Shown: piece after piece, positions 55,305 through 64,000 of the stretch | Layout: each line of letters opens with the position of its first letter | Numbering within the stretch: the stretch's first letter is position 1 | Source of the DNA: Caldisericota bacterium | GTDB lineage: Bacteria; Caldisericota; Caldisericia; JAAYUI01 | DNA length: 64,000 bases | Reading direction: 5' to 3' | Assembly: GCA_029548865.1 (NCBI GenBank) | Contig: JAKPMO010000004.1 | Location: 32,001-96,000, forward strand | Translations under genes and position numbers: made by a program | Notes under the pieces: model-generated | Seen by the model: only the letters and a program-made list of their open reading frames with translations | Told to the model about the DNA's origin: nothing | Database searches by the model: none

Positions 55305-56294
55305 CTAGTTTCCTGCAAGCTGGAAAAGCGCAGATTCGATTGCAGAAAGGGCATCCGCCATTCCTGTCTTTGCGGCAACATCTGCATTGGCAATGGCCGA
55401 AAGATAAGAGATCAATTCATCTTTTTTGAACTGTGTTGCCGATTCAAGGGCTTTTTTAGCAGCAAATGGGTGGCACTTTAATCTTTCGGCGATCTGTTTT
55501 TCTGTTGCCTTCTGGGACGACATTTCTTTTGCCACAAGTACTCTCATGAAGTGATTGTACAGCATTGCCATGACTCTTTCGGCGGGTTCACCGTTCCGAA
55601 CGAGTCCGTGGAGCAATTTGATTCCCTTCGATGTCTGTTTTGCGCCGAGTGCATCAAAGACCTGAAATACAATGATTTCTGGATTTTCGGGGACCAACTG
55701 TTCGATGTCCTTGCGCGTTGCTGTAGCGCCTTCGCCAAGCCAAGATGCTATCTTTTCGATTTCCCCGGAGAGTGCCACAAGGTCACCCATGGAGCGTTCT
55801 ACCATTATTGATGAAGCATCGTCAGCCACCTGACAGTTTTTTTCCTGGAACTTCTTTTTTACCCATGCCGAGAGCATCTTCTCAGTTAGGCCAGATTCTG
55901 TTATCTGGACAGCTTTTGAAGCTAGGTGTTTTCCCAGCGATGTGGTTTTTGGTATATCTGGCTCAGTGAAAATAACAATATTGGCAGGATTTGCATTTGT
56001 TATTGCATCAGTGATTCTTTTTCCGTCGTCGCCTTTGATCTTTAATGCGCCAGAAACAATTATCACCTTGCCGCCTGAAAGAAGACTTCCGGAGGTAACT
56101 GTAAATACGAAATCATTTATCTCGGTTTCGGTGAGGTCAATGCTGACTTTTGACATCGCCCCACCACCAACAGATGAAGCAATGAGCTCCAGAAATTCAC
56201 GCTCAAGATATGGATTGGAACAGCAAACCCAATAGAGGGATTTTGGCTGTTCCCCTTTTCTGATCTTTCGGAGCTCGTCGGTAAAAGTGTTCAC
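55305..56294 (-). CDS. holA: DNA polymerase III subunit delta
   Basis: 329 aa; 'L..EIEK', 'VFQVFDAL', 'HPFAAKK' and 'D...KTG'; convergent on rpsT as in many Firmicutes. Confidence 0.85.
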   Translation of the reverse strand: MNTFTDELRKIRKGEQPKSLYWVCCSNPYLEREFLELIASSVGGGAMSKVSIDLTETEINDFVFTVTSGSLLSGGKVIIVSGALKIKGDDGKRITDAITNANPANIVIFTEPDIPKTTSLGKHLASKAVQITESGLTEKMLSAWVKKKFQEKNCQVADDASSIMVERSMGDLVALSGEIEKIASWLGEGATATRKDIEQLVPENPEIIVFQVFDALGAKQTSKGIKLLHGLVRNGEPAERVMAMLYNHFMRVLVAKEMSSQKATEKQIAERLKCHPFAAKKALESATQFKKDELISYLSAIANADVAAKTGMADALSAIESALFQLAGN

Positions 56295-57577
56295 GGATAA
56301 TTGTGGTCAAGAAGTCTTGGGAAAGGTGATGCTTCCCTGATGTGTTGTGAGCCGGCAATCCAGGAAGTTGCCCTCTCTATTCCAAGTCCAAAGCCGGAAT
56401 GTGGGAAGGTGCCGTATTTTCTGAGGTCGAGATACCAGTCGAACATCTCCCGTGGGAGATTGTGGTCTGCAATCTTTTTGAGCAAGACATCGAGATTGTC
56501 TTCCCTCTGGGAGCCGCCAATTATTTCACCAACATCCTCCGGGGCTATCATGTCGTCACAGAGAACAACTCTTGGGTCTTCAGGATCTTGTTTCATATAG
56601 AAGGCTTTAACCTGGGCAGGATATTTCTCGATCATTACCGGCCTGTCGAATTTTGATGATACGATACTCTCGTCTGGTGCCCCGAAGTCTCCGCCCCATT
56701 CTATGCTGGAACCTTCCTGCTGGCAGATTTTTACCGCTTCTGTATAGGTTATTCTTGGAAACGGAGTGATAACATGCTGCAAGACTGTCGTGTCCCTTTC
56801 GAGTATTTTAAGCTCTGTTTCGCAATCATGAAGAGCATCCTTTACAATCCTCTCCACGAGCCTTTCTTGTATCTTCATGTTCTCTTCGTGGAGCACAAAT
56901 GCAGCCTCTGGCTCGACCTGCCAGAATTCGATAAGGTGTCTTCTTGTTTTGCTTTTTTCTGCCCTGAATACCGGTCCGAGGCAATAGACTTTTCCAAACG
57001 CCGCCGCTGTAGCTTCGTTGTAAAGCTGGCCAGATTGGCTCAAAAAGGCTGGTTTGCCAAAATAGTCTATCTCAAAGAGTGTTGTGGTTCCTTCACATGA
57101 TGATGGAGTTATGCATGGTGCATCAACGTTCACAAAACCTTCTGAATCGAGAAAATCCCTTATGGATTTTACGATTCTTGCCCTGATGCGAAGCGTTGCC
57201 CACTGTTTTTGGGAACGGAGCCACAGGTGCCTATTGGACATGAGAAATCCCACACCATGCTCTTTTGGTGAAATTGGGAAATCAACAGAATCTCCATATT
57301 TCTCAATTTGTTTGACATCAATTTCAAAAACACCCTTTTGTTTCGGGTTTTCTTTGACTGTACCAACAACAAAGAACGAAGTCTCCTGTGTCAGGTCTCC
57401 TGCCAGCTTGAACTGCTCTGGCGAGAGGTTACCCTGGAAAGCGACACACTGGCAGAAGCCAGTTCCATCCCTTATTACAAGAAACACCAGCTTGCCGGAC
57501 GATCTCGAGTTGTGCAGCCAGCCTGAAATTTTAACATCTTCGCCTACATGTTTTCCGAGTTCAGATATAGTAACCAT
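56291..57577 (-). CDS. asnS: Asparagine--tRNA ligase
   Basis: RDGTG, RHLWLR, LSQSGQLY, FRAEKSKTRRHL.EFW, GEIIGGSQRE and PHSGFGLG.ER. Confidence 0.96.
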   Translation of the reverse strand: MVTISELGKHVGEDVKISGWLHNSRSSGKLVFLVIRDGTGFCQCVAFQGNLSPEQFKLAGDLTQETSFFVVGTVKENPKQKGVFEIDVKQIEKYGDSVDFPISPKEHGVGFLMSNRHLWLRSQKQWATLRIRARIVKSIRDFLDSEGFVNVDAPCITPSSCEGTTTLFEIDYFGKPAFLSQSGQLYNEATAAAFGKVYCLGPVFRAEKSKTRRHLIEFWQVEPEAAFVLHEENMKIQERLVERIVKDALHDCETELKILERDTTVLQHVITPFPRITYTEAVKICQQEGSSIEWGGDFGAPDESIVSSKFDRPVMIEKYPAQVKAFYMKQDPEDPRVVLCDDMIAPEDVGEIIGGSQREDNLDVLLKKIADHNLPREMFDWYLDLRKYGTFPHSGFGLGIERATSWIAGSQHIREASPFPRLLDHNYP

Positions 57578-57717
57578 GTTCCTCCTTAAGCTATAAAAAG
57601 ATACTATTTGTTGTGAAAAACGCAAGGTAATTTTAAGTTCTTAAGATTACCCCCTTGAAATATGTTGGCCAAATGGATATATAAACCTAAGCTTCAAGAT
57701 TGATTGGAGGATGAAAC

Positions 57718-57963
57718 GTGGTATTGTTCAGGAACATAATGGTAACTGTTGTAATAATCGCCGGAATCGGAATGGTGTTCGGCTACATAGTTTCATCACC
57801 AAAAGCATCTGGTCTTGGTGCCATTGGTGGCACTGCTCAGAAGTTTAAGGTGAGGAAATCACGCGACTTATTTCTGGACAAGCTGATTCTCTGGAGTGCC
57901 CTTATATTTGGGGTTTGCGCCTTCGTTCTTTCTATTGTCGATCCATCAATCTGGACTATGTAG
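57718..57963 (+). CDS. secG: Preprotein translocase subunit SecG
   Basis: Two TM helices around SPKASGLGAIGG...LDK; followed by tRNA-Leu(GAG), the conserved secG-leuU order. Confidence 0.85.
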   Translation: MVLFRNIMVTVVIIAGIGMVFGYIVSSPKASGLGAIGGTAQKFKVRKSRDLFLDKLILWSALIFGVCAFVLSIVDPSIWTM

Positions 57964-57970
57964 TTTGTTT

Positions 57971-58055
57971 GCCGAGGTGGCGGAATTGGTAGACGCGTAC
58001 GTTTGAGGGGCGTATGGGGAGACCTGTGCGGGTTCAAGTCCCGCCCTCGGCACCA
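57971..58055 (+). tRNA. tRNA-Leu (GAG)
   Basis: Acceptor GCCGAGG/CCTCGGC-ACCA; anticodon arm TACGT-ttGAGgg-GCGTA; long variable arm; GGTTCAAGTCC. Confidence 0.96.
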
Positions 58056-58065
58056 CTTAAAAACC

Positions 58066-58092
58066 AAAAGGCCGGCTTTTGCCGGCCTTTTT
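58066..58092 (+). terminator. Intrinsic terminator after tRNA-Leu
   Basis: aaaaGGCCGGC-tttt-GCCGGCCttttt. Confidence 0.88.
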
Positions 58093-58185
58093 CATTTTTG
58101 GTAAAATGTGTTTTGTCATCCTGGCACAAGAAAAGAGTTCTTCAAACCGGTAGTTTTTGTTACCAATGGTCAAACGTAAGTAATC

Positions 58186-58213
58186 TTGACGTGAAAGAAG
58201 TAGACGCTAAAAT
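58186..58213 (+). promoter_or_regulatory. Promoter of tRNA-Val
   Basis: TTGACG-16 bp-TAAAAT. Confidence 0.7.
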
Positions 58214-58224
58214 ATTTTTGTTCT

Positions 58225-58299
58225 GGGCGGATAGTTCAGCGGTAGAACGCTTGCCTTACACGCAAGAAGTCACAGGTTCGAATCCTGTTTCGCCCACCA
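58225..58299 (+). tRNA. tRNA-Val (TAC)
   Basis: Acceptor GGGCGGA/TTCGCCC-ACCA; anticodon arm CTTGC-ctTACac-GCAAG; GGTTCGAATCC. Confidence 0.96.
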
Positions 58300-58389
58300 T
58301 TTTTCGATCCTCTTAACTCTAATACCCAACAATCTTTATCTTAAATGTATAATCATTTGCTAACAGTATTGCCCTAGCATTTTTTTGAA

Positions 58390-58839
58390 ATGACAATGAA
58401 AAACCAGAATAAGGTAGTTGCATACATCACAAGAGGTACAAAACTTCTCGTTTTTGATCATGCCAATTTTCCAGAAGTTGGGACACAAGTGCCGGCAGGG
58501 ACGATTGAAGATGGTGAAACACCGACTTTTGCAGTGATGAGGGAAGTCTTTGAGGAAACTGGTCTGAACAAGCTCTACCTTAGGGATTTTCTTGGTATGC
58601 AAACACTGGTGTTGGAAAAGCCTGAAGGAAAGATGTTAATCAACAGGCATTATTATCATTTTGAAGTCCCGGATGATGTTCCGGATACATGGGCCCATTA
58701 TGAAACAAAGCCAAGTGATGGCTCATTCGACCTGATCCTTTTCAATTTCAGGTGGGTTGATTTTTCAAAAGACAATATAACCTTGGCAGGCAAGCAGGAT
58801 TTTTTCTTGCGTCTTTTAGGCAATAAATTAAAAAAGTAA
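58390..58839 (+). CDS. NUDIX hydrolase
   Basis: Nudix box AGTIEDGETPTFAVMREVFEETGL. Confidence 0.88.
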   Translation: MTMKNQNKVVAYITRGTKLLVFDHANFPEVGTQVPAGTIEDGETPTFAVMREVFEETGLNKLYLRDFLGMQTLVLEKPEGKMLINRHYYHFEVPDDVPDTWAHYETKPSDGSFDLILFNFRWVDFSKDNITLAGKQDFFLRLLGNKLKK

Positions 58840-58904
58840 AACAATAAAATATTGTATTAATGATTAATTTGTTACTCTTCTCCAGGTCAGCTTAGCGTTC
58901 TTAA

Positions 58905-58934
58905 TTGACAAACTGTTTGGGCCTTGCTTATAAT
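58905..58934 (+). promoter_or_regulatory. Promoter of tRNA-Asp
   Basis: Consensus TTGACA-18 bp-TATAAT. Confidence 0.7.
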
Positions 58935-58949
58935 ACGTGGACGTTTCGC

Positions 58950-59025
58950 GGGGTCGTGGTGTAGCGGTCAACACGCCAGCCTGTCACGCTGGAGACCGGG
59001 GGTTCGAATCCCCTCGATCCCGCCA
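58950..59025 (+). tRNA. tRNA-Asp (GTC)
   Basis: Acceptor GGGGTCG/CGATCCC-GCCA; anticodon arm CCAGC-ctGTCac-GCTGG; GGTTCGAATCC. Confidence 0.96.
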
Positions 59026-59099
59026 AATAGCCAACTCAGAAAAATCAAATCTCCCAAAAAATCAGATTAAAACTGGGCATTCAGACCTTTCCAAATTTG

Positions 59100-59127
59100 T
59101 TGACTGGATTGCATTTCAACCTATAAT
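59100..59127 (+). promoter_or_regulatory. Promoter of the first S8 peptidase
   Basis: TTGACT-16 bp-TATAAT, with a GGAGG SD downstream. Confidence 0.7.
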
Positions 59128-59154
59128 TCCCAACCAAATGACTTTGGAGGTCCA

Positions 59155-62100
59155 ATGAGACGCCATCTCAGTCTTGTTCTTGTAGCGACCATTATTTTGA
59201 TGGTACAACCTGCTTATGCAGCTGAAAACAAACCTGATATTTCTCTTGACATGCTGGTAGTTCTGGATGGCAATACCGTTGCGGATTTCTTGCCACAAAA
59301 TTATGTCCAGACAGACTCAATCTCCCTGGATTCATCGCTTGCCTTTGCTGGACGCGAAACAATGAAATCGGTTGAATCTTTTATATCTTCAAATTGCCAG
59401 GGCATTGTCGAACAAGTTTATCAAAAATACAGCATTCTTACAAAAGGTTTTGCTTGCAAGATAAAAACACGAAATATTAAAAGACTGGCCAGTATTCCTG
59501 GGATCAAGAGCGTTGAAAAGATTCCGGATTACAAGCTCGATCTTGATACTTCAACAACCGTCATAGGTGCCAATGACGCTTGGAAGATGCTTGATCAAAA
59601 TCGCCAACCGCTGAATGGAACAGGAGTCATCATTGGTGTTATAGATACTGGCCTTGACTGGCGCCATCCCGACCTTGGTTCAAGAATGGGTTCGAAGGAA
59701 AAAGTTGTTGATGGCTATGATTTTGCCGATGGCGCTGATATATCCAATGATACAGAACAGCATGGTACTCATGTTGCTGGCATCTGTGCAGCAAATGGGA
59801 AAGTCAAAGGCGTTGCTCCTGGAGCAAATCTCGCAGGATATAAAGTTTTCACCAGTGAAAAGGGTAGATCAGTCAATGTTGGTGCAAACATCAATGCTGC
59901 ACTTGAGAAAGCAATCACATCGAAGTGCGGGGTAGTCAATCTTTCGCTAGGTTCTCCAGGGGGGAGCACTGGTGGCGAAGAAGGAAATTCAATCTATCAC
60001 AAGGTTGTAAAGGCCGGCATTGTTGTTGTCGCATCTGCAGGCAACAATGGTTCACGCTGCCTTACCCAGCCTTATGTTGTAGGAACGCCAAGCACTTACA
60101 TGCCAGTTATTTCTGTAGCCGCATCTGACGATATGAAGCACCCAGAGATTTCCGTAACAAACCCACCAGGTGAAAATATGCGCATTCTGGGAAGGGAGTT
60201 TGACCTTCCCCCAAAATGGCCAGATAGTGAATGGGAGGTTGTTGATTGCGGATACGGTTATCCTAGCGATTTTGAGGGTATTGACGTCAAAGGCAAAATT
60301 GCTTTGATACAAAGAGGCCCGATAACCGACAAGAATGCCTATTTTAGGGACAAAGACCTCAATGCTGCAAAAGCAGGTGCTGCAGGTTGCATAATTTACA
60401 ATCATAGCCCTGGTTCTTTTGCAGGAACCATGAAAATAGATGATGCAGACCTGGAAAAGAAGTTCATACCTGCACTTGCGATCACAAATGTTCAGGGTCT
60501 TAAACTCCAGTCATTAATAGCAAAGGGTCTTAAAGTGAAAGTTTCTTCAGGGAATCCCTTTGGCCAGATAGCTGATTTCTCTTCCTCAGGGCCCTCCGCC
60601 GATTATTATTTCAAGCCAGAGGTGACGGCACCTGGTGTTGGCATAAGAAGCACTGTAACTACCAAACCAAACAGCGCTGACCCAAAAAAGAGGGACCCTC
60701 AGTGGGCAGTAATGCAGGGAACATCAATGTCTGGTCCTCATGTTGCTGGGGCTTCCGCAATACTGAGGCAGGCATATCCAAAGGCCGAACCAAAACAAAT
60801 CAAGGCCATATTTATGGCGACCTGCGACCTGCTTCGCAATGATGAAGCCGGGGAATACGTTCCCCTGATGTCGCAGGGATCCGGAAGAATCAATATTCCT
60901 GCTGCACTTGGTGCCAAGATGATATTTGATCCACCTGCCCTTTCCTTGAGGGCAATCTCCGGGAAAGTAAAACAGGCATCTTTTAAGGTGACAAATATTT
61001 CCAAAAAGCAAACCGAGTTTGCTTTGAGTTATCATTCGCTTGGAGATACCACAAAGTGCAATTTTGACAGGGAAACAGAGAAGCTAAAACCTGGTGAGAC
61101 AAAAACGATAACAGCATCTTTTGTTTGCGATGACGATTCAAAAGGTTTTCTTGAAGGTGTGATTTTCGCCAATATGGGTCAAGAAAATGTTCATCTCCCG
61201 CTAATAATCCTCAATGGTTCTCCAGATGTCCCGCCACAAGTTTCTGACTTAAGGGTCAGCAAATCAATTATGACACATGGTGAGGGCAGTGAGGCTGGGA
61301 CAACAATCAGCTTCAGGTTCAATTATGGCACCTTCATGTCTGGCGGTCCGGGGCAGGATGTTTCATCAAATTATGGTGCAGCAAAAATAGTTCTCTACGA
61401 TAACGAAGAAAATCCTACTGGAAACATATTTTTTGATGATACCCTGGAGATAGGCTATCACAATATCATATGGAAAGGGCCGGACAATCTTGGAAGGCTG
61501 TTTGTAAAAGATGGCGATTATGTTGTAAATGCATTTGGTCTCTCGGCCAATGCCAGTGGTACGATAGTAGAACAGTCGCCCCGTCAAATGAAGCCAATTT
61601 CGATTGTTGGCGCACCTCTAAAGGAAAAACCTCTGATATTTATTAAGTGTGTTCCAGAGAAACCACGCCCTGAAGAACCTTTCCTTCTTCTTATAAAAAC
61701 GAGTTTTATCCCAAGCTTGTCTTCCATAAAACTGGACATTGATACTGATCCCGCATTTTATCAGGTGAGCTCTATAAAAGCACTGGATGTTTATGGCAAC
61801 TCCAAAGAAAATGTTTTGTTTGAAAACGCCGTTGACAATGAGAAGGGCAAGGTGGGTATAAAGTATCTTTCCACCAATGGTTCTTCCGTGGATTTTAAGG
61901 GCACCATTTTTGCTATTGAGTGCATCTCACATCAGGAAGGCATCTCGAGTGTTTCCATAAAAGAATGTACCGCAACCTCTTCTTTTGGCCAAATTGCTCC
62001 AATACCTCTCAAAGCAGTTTTTGAGATAAAAAAGGGCTACAGTTTTTATGATCTAAATATGGATGGTGTTGTTGATGAGCTTGATGGTGACATACTCATG

Positions 62101-62229
62101 TACCGTCTTGGAACATCTGAAGGGGAAGAAAACTATACTGAATCGATGGATTTTGATGGAGATGGACAAATAACCGTAATTGACTTTATAATATTGGCAA
62201 AACACTACGGGCAAACAATGTACCCATAG
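59155..62229 (+). CDS. Secreted S8 subtilase (Vpr-like, PA domain) with C-terminal cohesin-like and dockerin-like modules
   Basis: Triad VIDTG / HGTHVAG / GTSMSGPH; oxyanion SAGN; PA insert GKIALIQRG; C-terminal DLNMDGVVDELD...DFDGDGQITVID. Confidence 0.9.
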   Translation: MRRHLSLVLVATIILMVQPAYAAENKPDISLDMLVVLDGNTVADFLPQNYVQTDSISLDSSLAFAGRETMKSVESFISSNCQGIVEQVYQKYSILTKGFACKIKTRNIKRLASIPGIKSVEKIPDYKLDLDTSTTVIGANDAWKMLDQNRQPLNGTGVIIGVIDTGLDWRHPDLGSRMGSKEKVVDGYDFADGADISNDTEQHGTHVAGICAANGKVKGVAPGANLAGYKVFTSEKGRSVNVGANINAALEKAITSKCGVVNLSLGSPGGSTGGEEGNSIYHKVVKAGIVVVASAGNNGSRCLTQPYVVGTPSTYMPVISVAASDDMKHPEISVTNPPGENMRILGREFDLPPKWPDSEWEVVDCGYGYPSDFEGIDVKGKIALIQRGPITDKNAYFRDKDLNAAKAGAAGCIIYNHSPGSFAGTMKIDDADLEKKFIPALAITNVQGLKLQSLIAKGLKVKVSSGNPFGQIADFSSSGPSADYYFKPEVTAPGVGIRSTVTTKPNSADPKKRDPQWAVMQGTSMSGPHVAGASAILRQAYPKAEPKQIKAIFMATCDLLRNDEAGEYVPLMSQGSGRINIPAALGAKMIFDPPALSLRAISGKVKQASFKVTNISKKQTEFALSYHSLGDTTKCNFDRETEKLKPGETKTITASFVCDDDSKGFLEGVIFANMGQENVHLPLIILNGSPDVPPQVSDLRVSKSIMTHGEGSEAGTTISFRFNYGTFMSGGPGQDVSSNYGAAKIVLYDNEENPTGNIFFDDTLEIGYHNIIWKGPDNLGRLFVKDGDYVVNAFGLSANASGTIVEQSPRQMKPISIVGAPLKEKPLIFIKCVPEKPRPEEPFLLLIKTSFIPSLSSIKLDIDTDPAFYQVSSIKALDVYGNSKENVLFENAVDNEKGKVGIKYLSTNGSSVDFKGTIFAIECISHQEGISSVSIKECTATSSFGQIAPIPLKAVFEIKKGYSFYDLNMDGVVDELDGDILMYRLGTSEGEENYTESMDFDGDGQITVIDFIILAKHYGQTMYP

Positions 62230-62290
62230 ACTAGCATAAGCATTTCATTTTGGTATAATTCTTACGCGATACTAGATTTAAGGAGCTTCA

Positions 62291-64000
62291 ATGAGAAGAT
62301 ACCTGGTTTGGGCTTTGATTTTTGTTCTCTCGGCAGGTCTTTTTCCGGCCAGCCGGGTCTTGTCGGCTTCTGATATCTATCTGGTTACCATTAATGGTGA
62401 ATCGGCTTGCAGAATGGAAAGTATGGGTTTTTCGCCGATCCATTCGATGCTCGTGTCAAAAACTTTGCTTGCCAGTGCGAAGGATGCTATCAGAAAAAAT
62501 TGCCACTCGGCTTCATTCAGGTTTGATTTTGATTACCTTTTAAATGGAATGTCTGTTGAGCTTGACAAGCGGGATGCTGAAGTGGTAAAAAGCTTGTCAT
62601 TTGTTAAGTCGATTACAAGAATTAATAGTCTAGCACCAGCAGCAGTCAGGACTGTTGCTGAAACAGTTGGGGCCTCGCCGCTTTATGAAGTTAAGGATCA
62701 AAATGGCAATTTTGTTAATGGCAAAGACATTCTTGTCGGTGTGATCGATTCTGGAATAGATTATAGACACCAGGACCTTGGAAATGGAATGTATGGACCT
62801 GGTGCAAAGGTGGTGGGTGGATCCAATTTTGTGGAACCAAAGGCACCTCCGCTTGATGATGAAGTAATGGGTCATGGAACCTCAGTAGCAGGCATTATCG
62901 CTGCAGACAACACAAAAGCGCCGGGTATTGCTCAAGGTGCAAAATTGATGTCTTATAAGGTTTTCTCAAACAAGAATCCCGATGTAATGGAAGATGTTGT
63001 TATCGCGGCGATTCAGGCAGCTGTAAAAGATGGATGCAAAGTAATCAATGTCTCTCTTGCAAGACCAGGTGGCAGTTCTTCTGAACTTTCAGCCTCTGCT
63101 CTTGCAGCAGAACAGGCTACAAGGGCTGGTATTTCAGTTGTTGGCTCAGCCGGTGATTTTGGAGTTTATTGTGATGGCATTGAAGGTGGAACGGTTGGTG
63201 GGCCATCCCTAGCCCTTGATTCGATATGCGTTGGTTCTTCAGACACCAGGCCAGCTTGCAGGGTAAAAATTGAAGGCTCAAACAGAAGCATTTTTGGAAT
63301 GATGTCTGTGCCACCCCTTTCATTTGCTGGACCACAATCCATAGAGCTTGTTGATGGTGGATATGGATCCGAAGAGGAATTTTCAAAAACTAATGTTCTT
63401 GGCAAGTATGTTCTTATAAAAAGAGGGCCAGAGATTGGCGAAGCAATCCCATTCTTCCAGAAACTGCTCAATGCAAAAAAGAGGGGTGCTGTTGGTGCAA
63501 TTATCTGGAACCATAGTCTTGGAGAAGTTTTCCAGATGTTTGTTGGTTTCAATTCAATAACTGGAGAACCAATAAGAAATGAAGAAATTGTCCCATCATG
63601 TTTTATAGGGAATTCTGATGGACTCTTCCTCCAAAAGCTTGTCTCAGGCCAGGAAGTCAAGACCTCTATCACAGAAGAAATTGCCGATACAGTGGCAAGA
63701 ATGACGGCTATTGGTCCAACATCGGACCTAACATTCAAACCGGATGTTTGCGCCCCTGGAATTGGAGTGCCTGCTCCTCTCTCCACAAGTTCGACTGATG
63801 GAAACACCTCAAAATATACACAGAATTTCTCTGGTACTTCCGCAAGTGCCGGTATTGTATCTGGAGCCGTTGCCTTGATAAAACAGGCCAATCCAGGTTG
63901 GACACCATCTGATATAAGACTTGCCCTCATGAACACATCAAAACTTCTTATCAATCCAATAACTGGTGAATATTCCAGTCTTTTGTTGCAGGGTGCTGGA
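62291..64000 (+). CDS. Second secreted S8 subtilase with PA domain (3' truncated; absent from the ORF track)
   Basis: I translated it by hand from ATG 62291 (SD AAGGAG) to the window end with no stop. It has a signal peptide MRRYLVWALIFVLS, VIDSG, HGTSVAG, SAGD, KPDVCAPG, GTSASAG and QGAG. Confidence 0.9.
   Translation, partial: MRRYLVWALIFVLSAGLFPASRVLSASDIYLVTINGESACRMESMGFSPIHSMLVSKTLLASAKDAIRKNCHSASFRFDFDYLLNGMSVELDKRDAEVVKSLSFVKSITRINSLAPAAVRTVAETVGASPLYEVKDQNGNFVNGKDILVGVIDSGIDYRHQDLGNGMYGPGAKVVGGSNFVEPKAPPLDDEVMGHGTSVAGIIAADNTKAPGIAQGAKLMSYKVFSNKNPDVMEDVVIAAIQAAVKDGCKVINVSLARPGGSSSELSASALAAEQATRAGISVVGSAGDFGVYCDGIEGGTVGGPSLALDSICVGSSDTRPACRVKIEGSNRSIFGMMSVPPLSFAGPQSIELVDGGYGSEEEFSKTNVLGKYVLIKRGPEIGEAIPFFQKLLNAKKRGAVGAIIWNHSLGEVFQMFVGFNSITGEPIRNEEIVPSCFIGNSDGLFLQKLVSGQEVKTSITEEIADTVARMTAIGPTSDLTFKPDVCAPGIGVPAPLSTSSTDGNTSKYTQNFSGTSASAGIVSGAVALIKQANPGWTPSDIRLALMNTSKLLINPITGEYSSLLLQGAG

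Noticed and set aside
63166..63954. 262-aa minus-strand ORF, and similar long antisense ORFs such as 1304..2089, 24404..25036 and 36018..36695
   Set aside because: These are shadows of well-supported genes on the opposite strand and show no recognisable motifs.
1..64000. CRISPR arrays, IS elements, integron attC sites, prophage genes and selenocysteine read-through
   Set aside because: By eye I found no spaced direct repeats, transposase or integrase motifs, attC cores, or in-frame TGA within conserved domains. Short or degenerate elements could have been missed.

Overview
A gene-dense bacterial chromosome segment with no rRNA, CRISPR array, integrase or transposase that I could recognise. 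Gene order is Firmicutes-like (rpsO-pnp-M16, metG-tatD, dnaX-ybaB-recR, rpmF-plsX-rnc, secG-tRNA-Leu). Several copper-amine-oxidase-N ('stalk') domain surface proteins suggest an anaerobe such as Caldisericota; this is inference and untested. Housekeeping content includes partial clpB, a cell-wall glycopolymer cluster, glyQS, a four-subunit 2-oxoacid:ferredoxin oxidoreductase, glnA, mnmA, rnj, a split NAD synthetase, a divergent glmS, comEC/comEA, rpsT, holA, asnS and three tRNAs (Leu-GAG, Val-TAC, Asp-GTC). The most unusual part is the cell-surface machinery. (1) A subtilase carries cohesin-like and dockerin-like modules, and a 1741-aa stalk-domain NHL protein carries another cohesin-like module, suggesting a cellulosome-like protease assembly. 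(2) An SLH protein is built from two 5'-nucleotidase modules whose metal-binding motifs are degenerate in both copies. (3) The giant NHL protein is translationally coupled to comEA-comEC. (4) A tandem subtilase paralog has Asp at the oxyanion position and is missing from the ORF track. Nine of the twelve clearest sigma70-type promoters have 16-bp spacers. All calls come from reading motifs by eye; no database searches were run.
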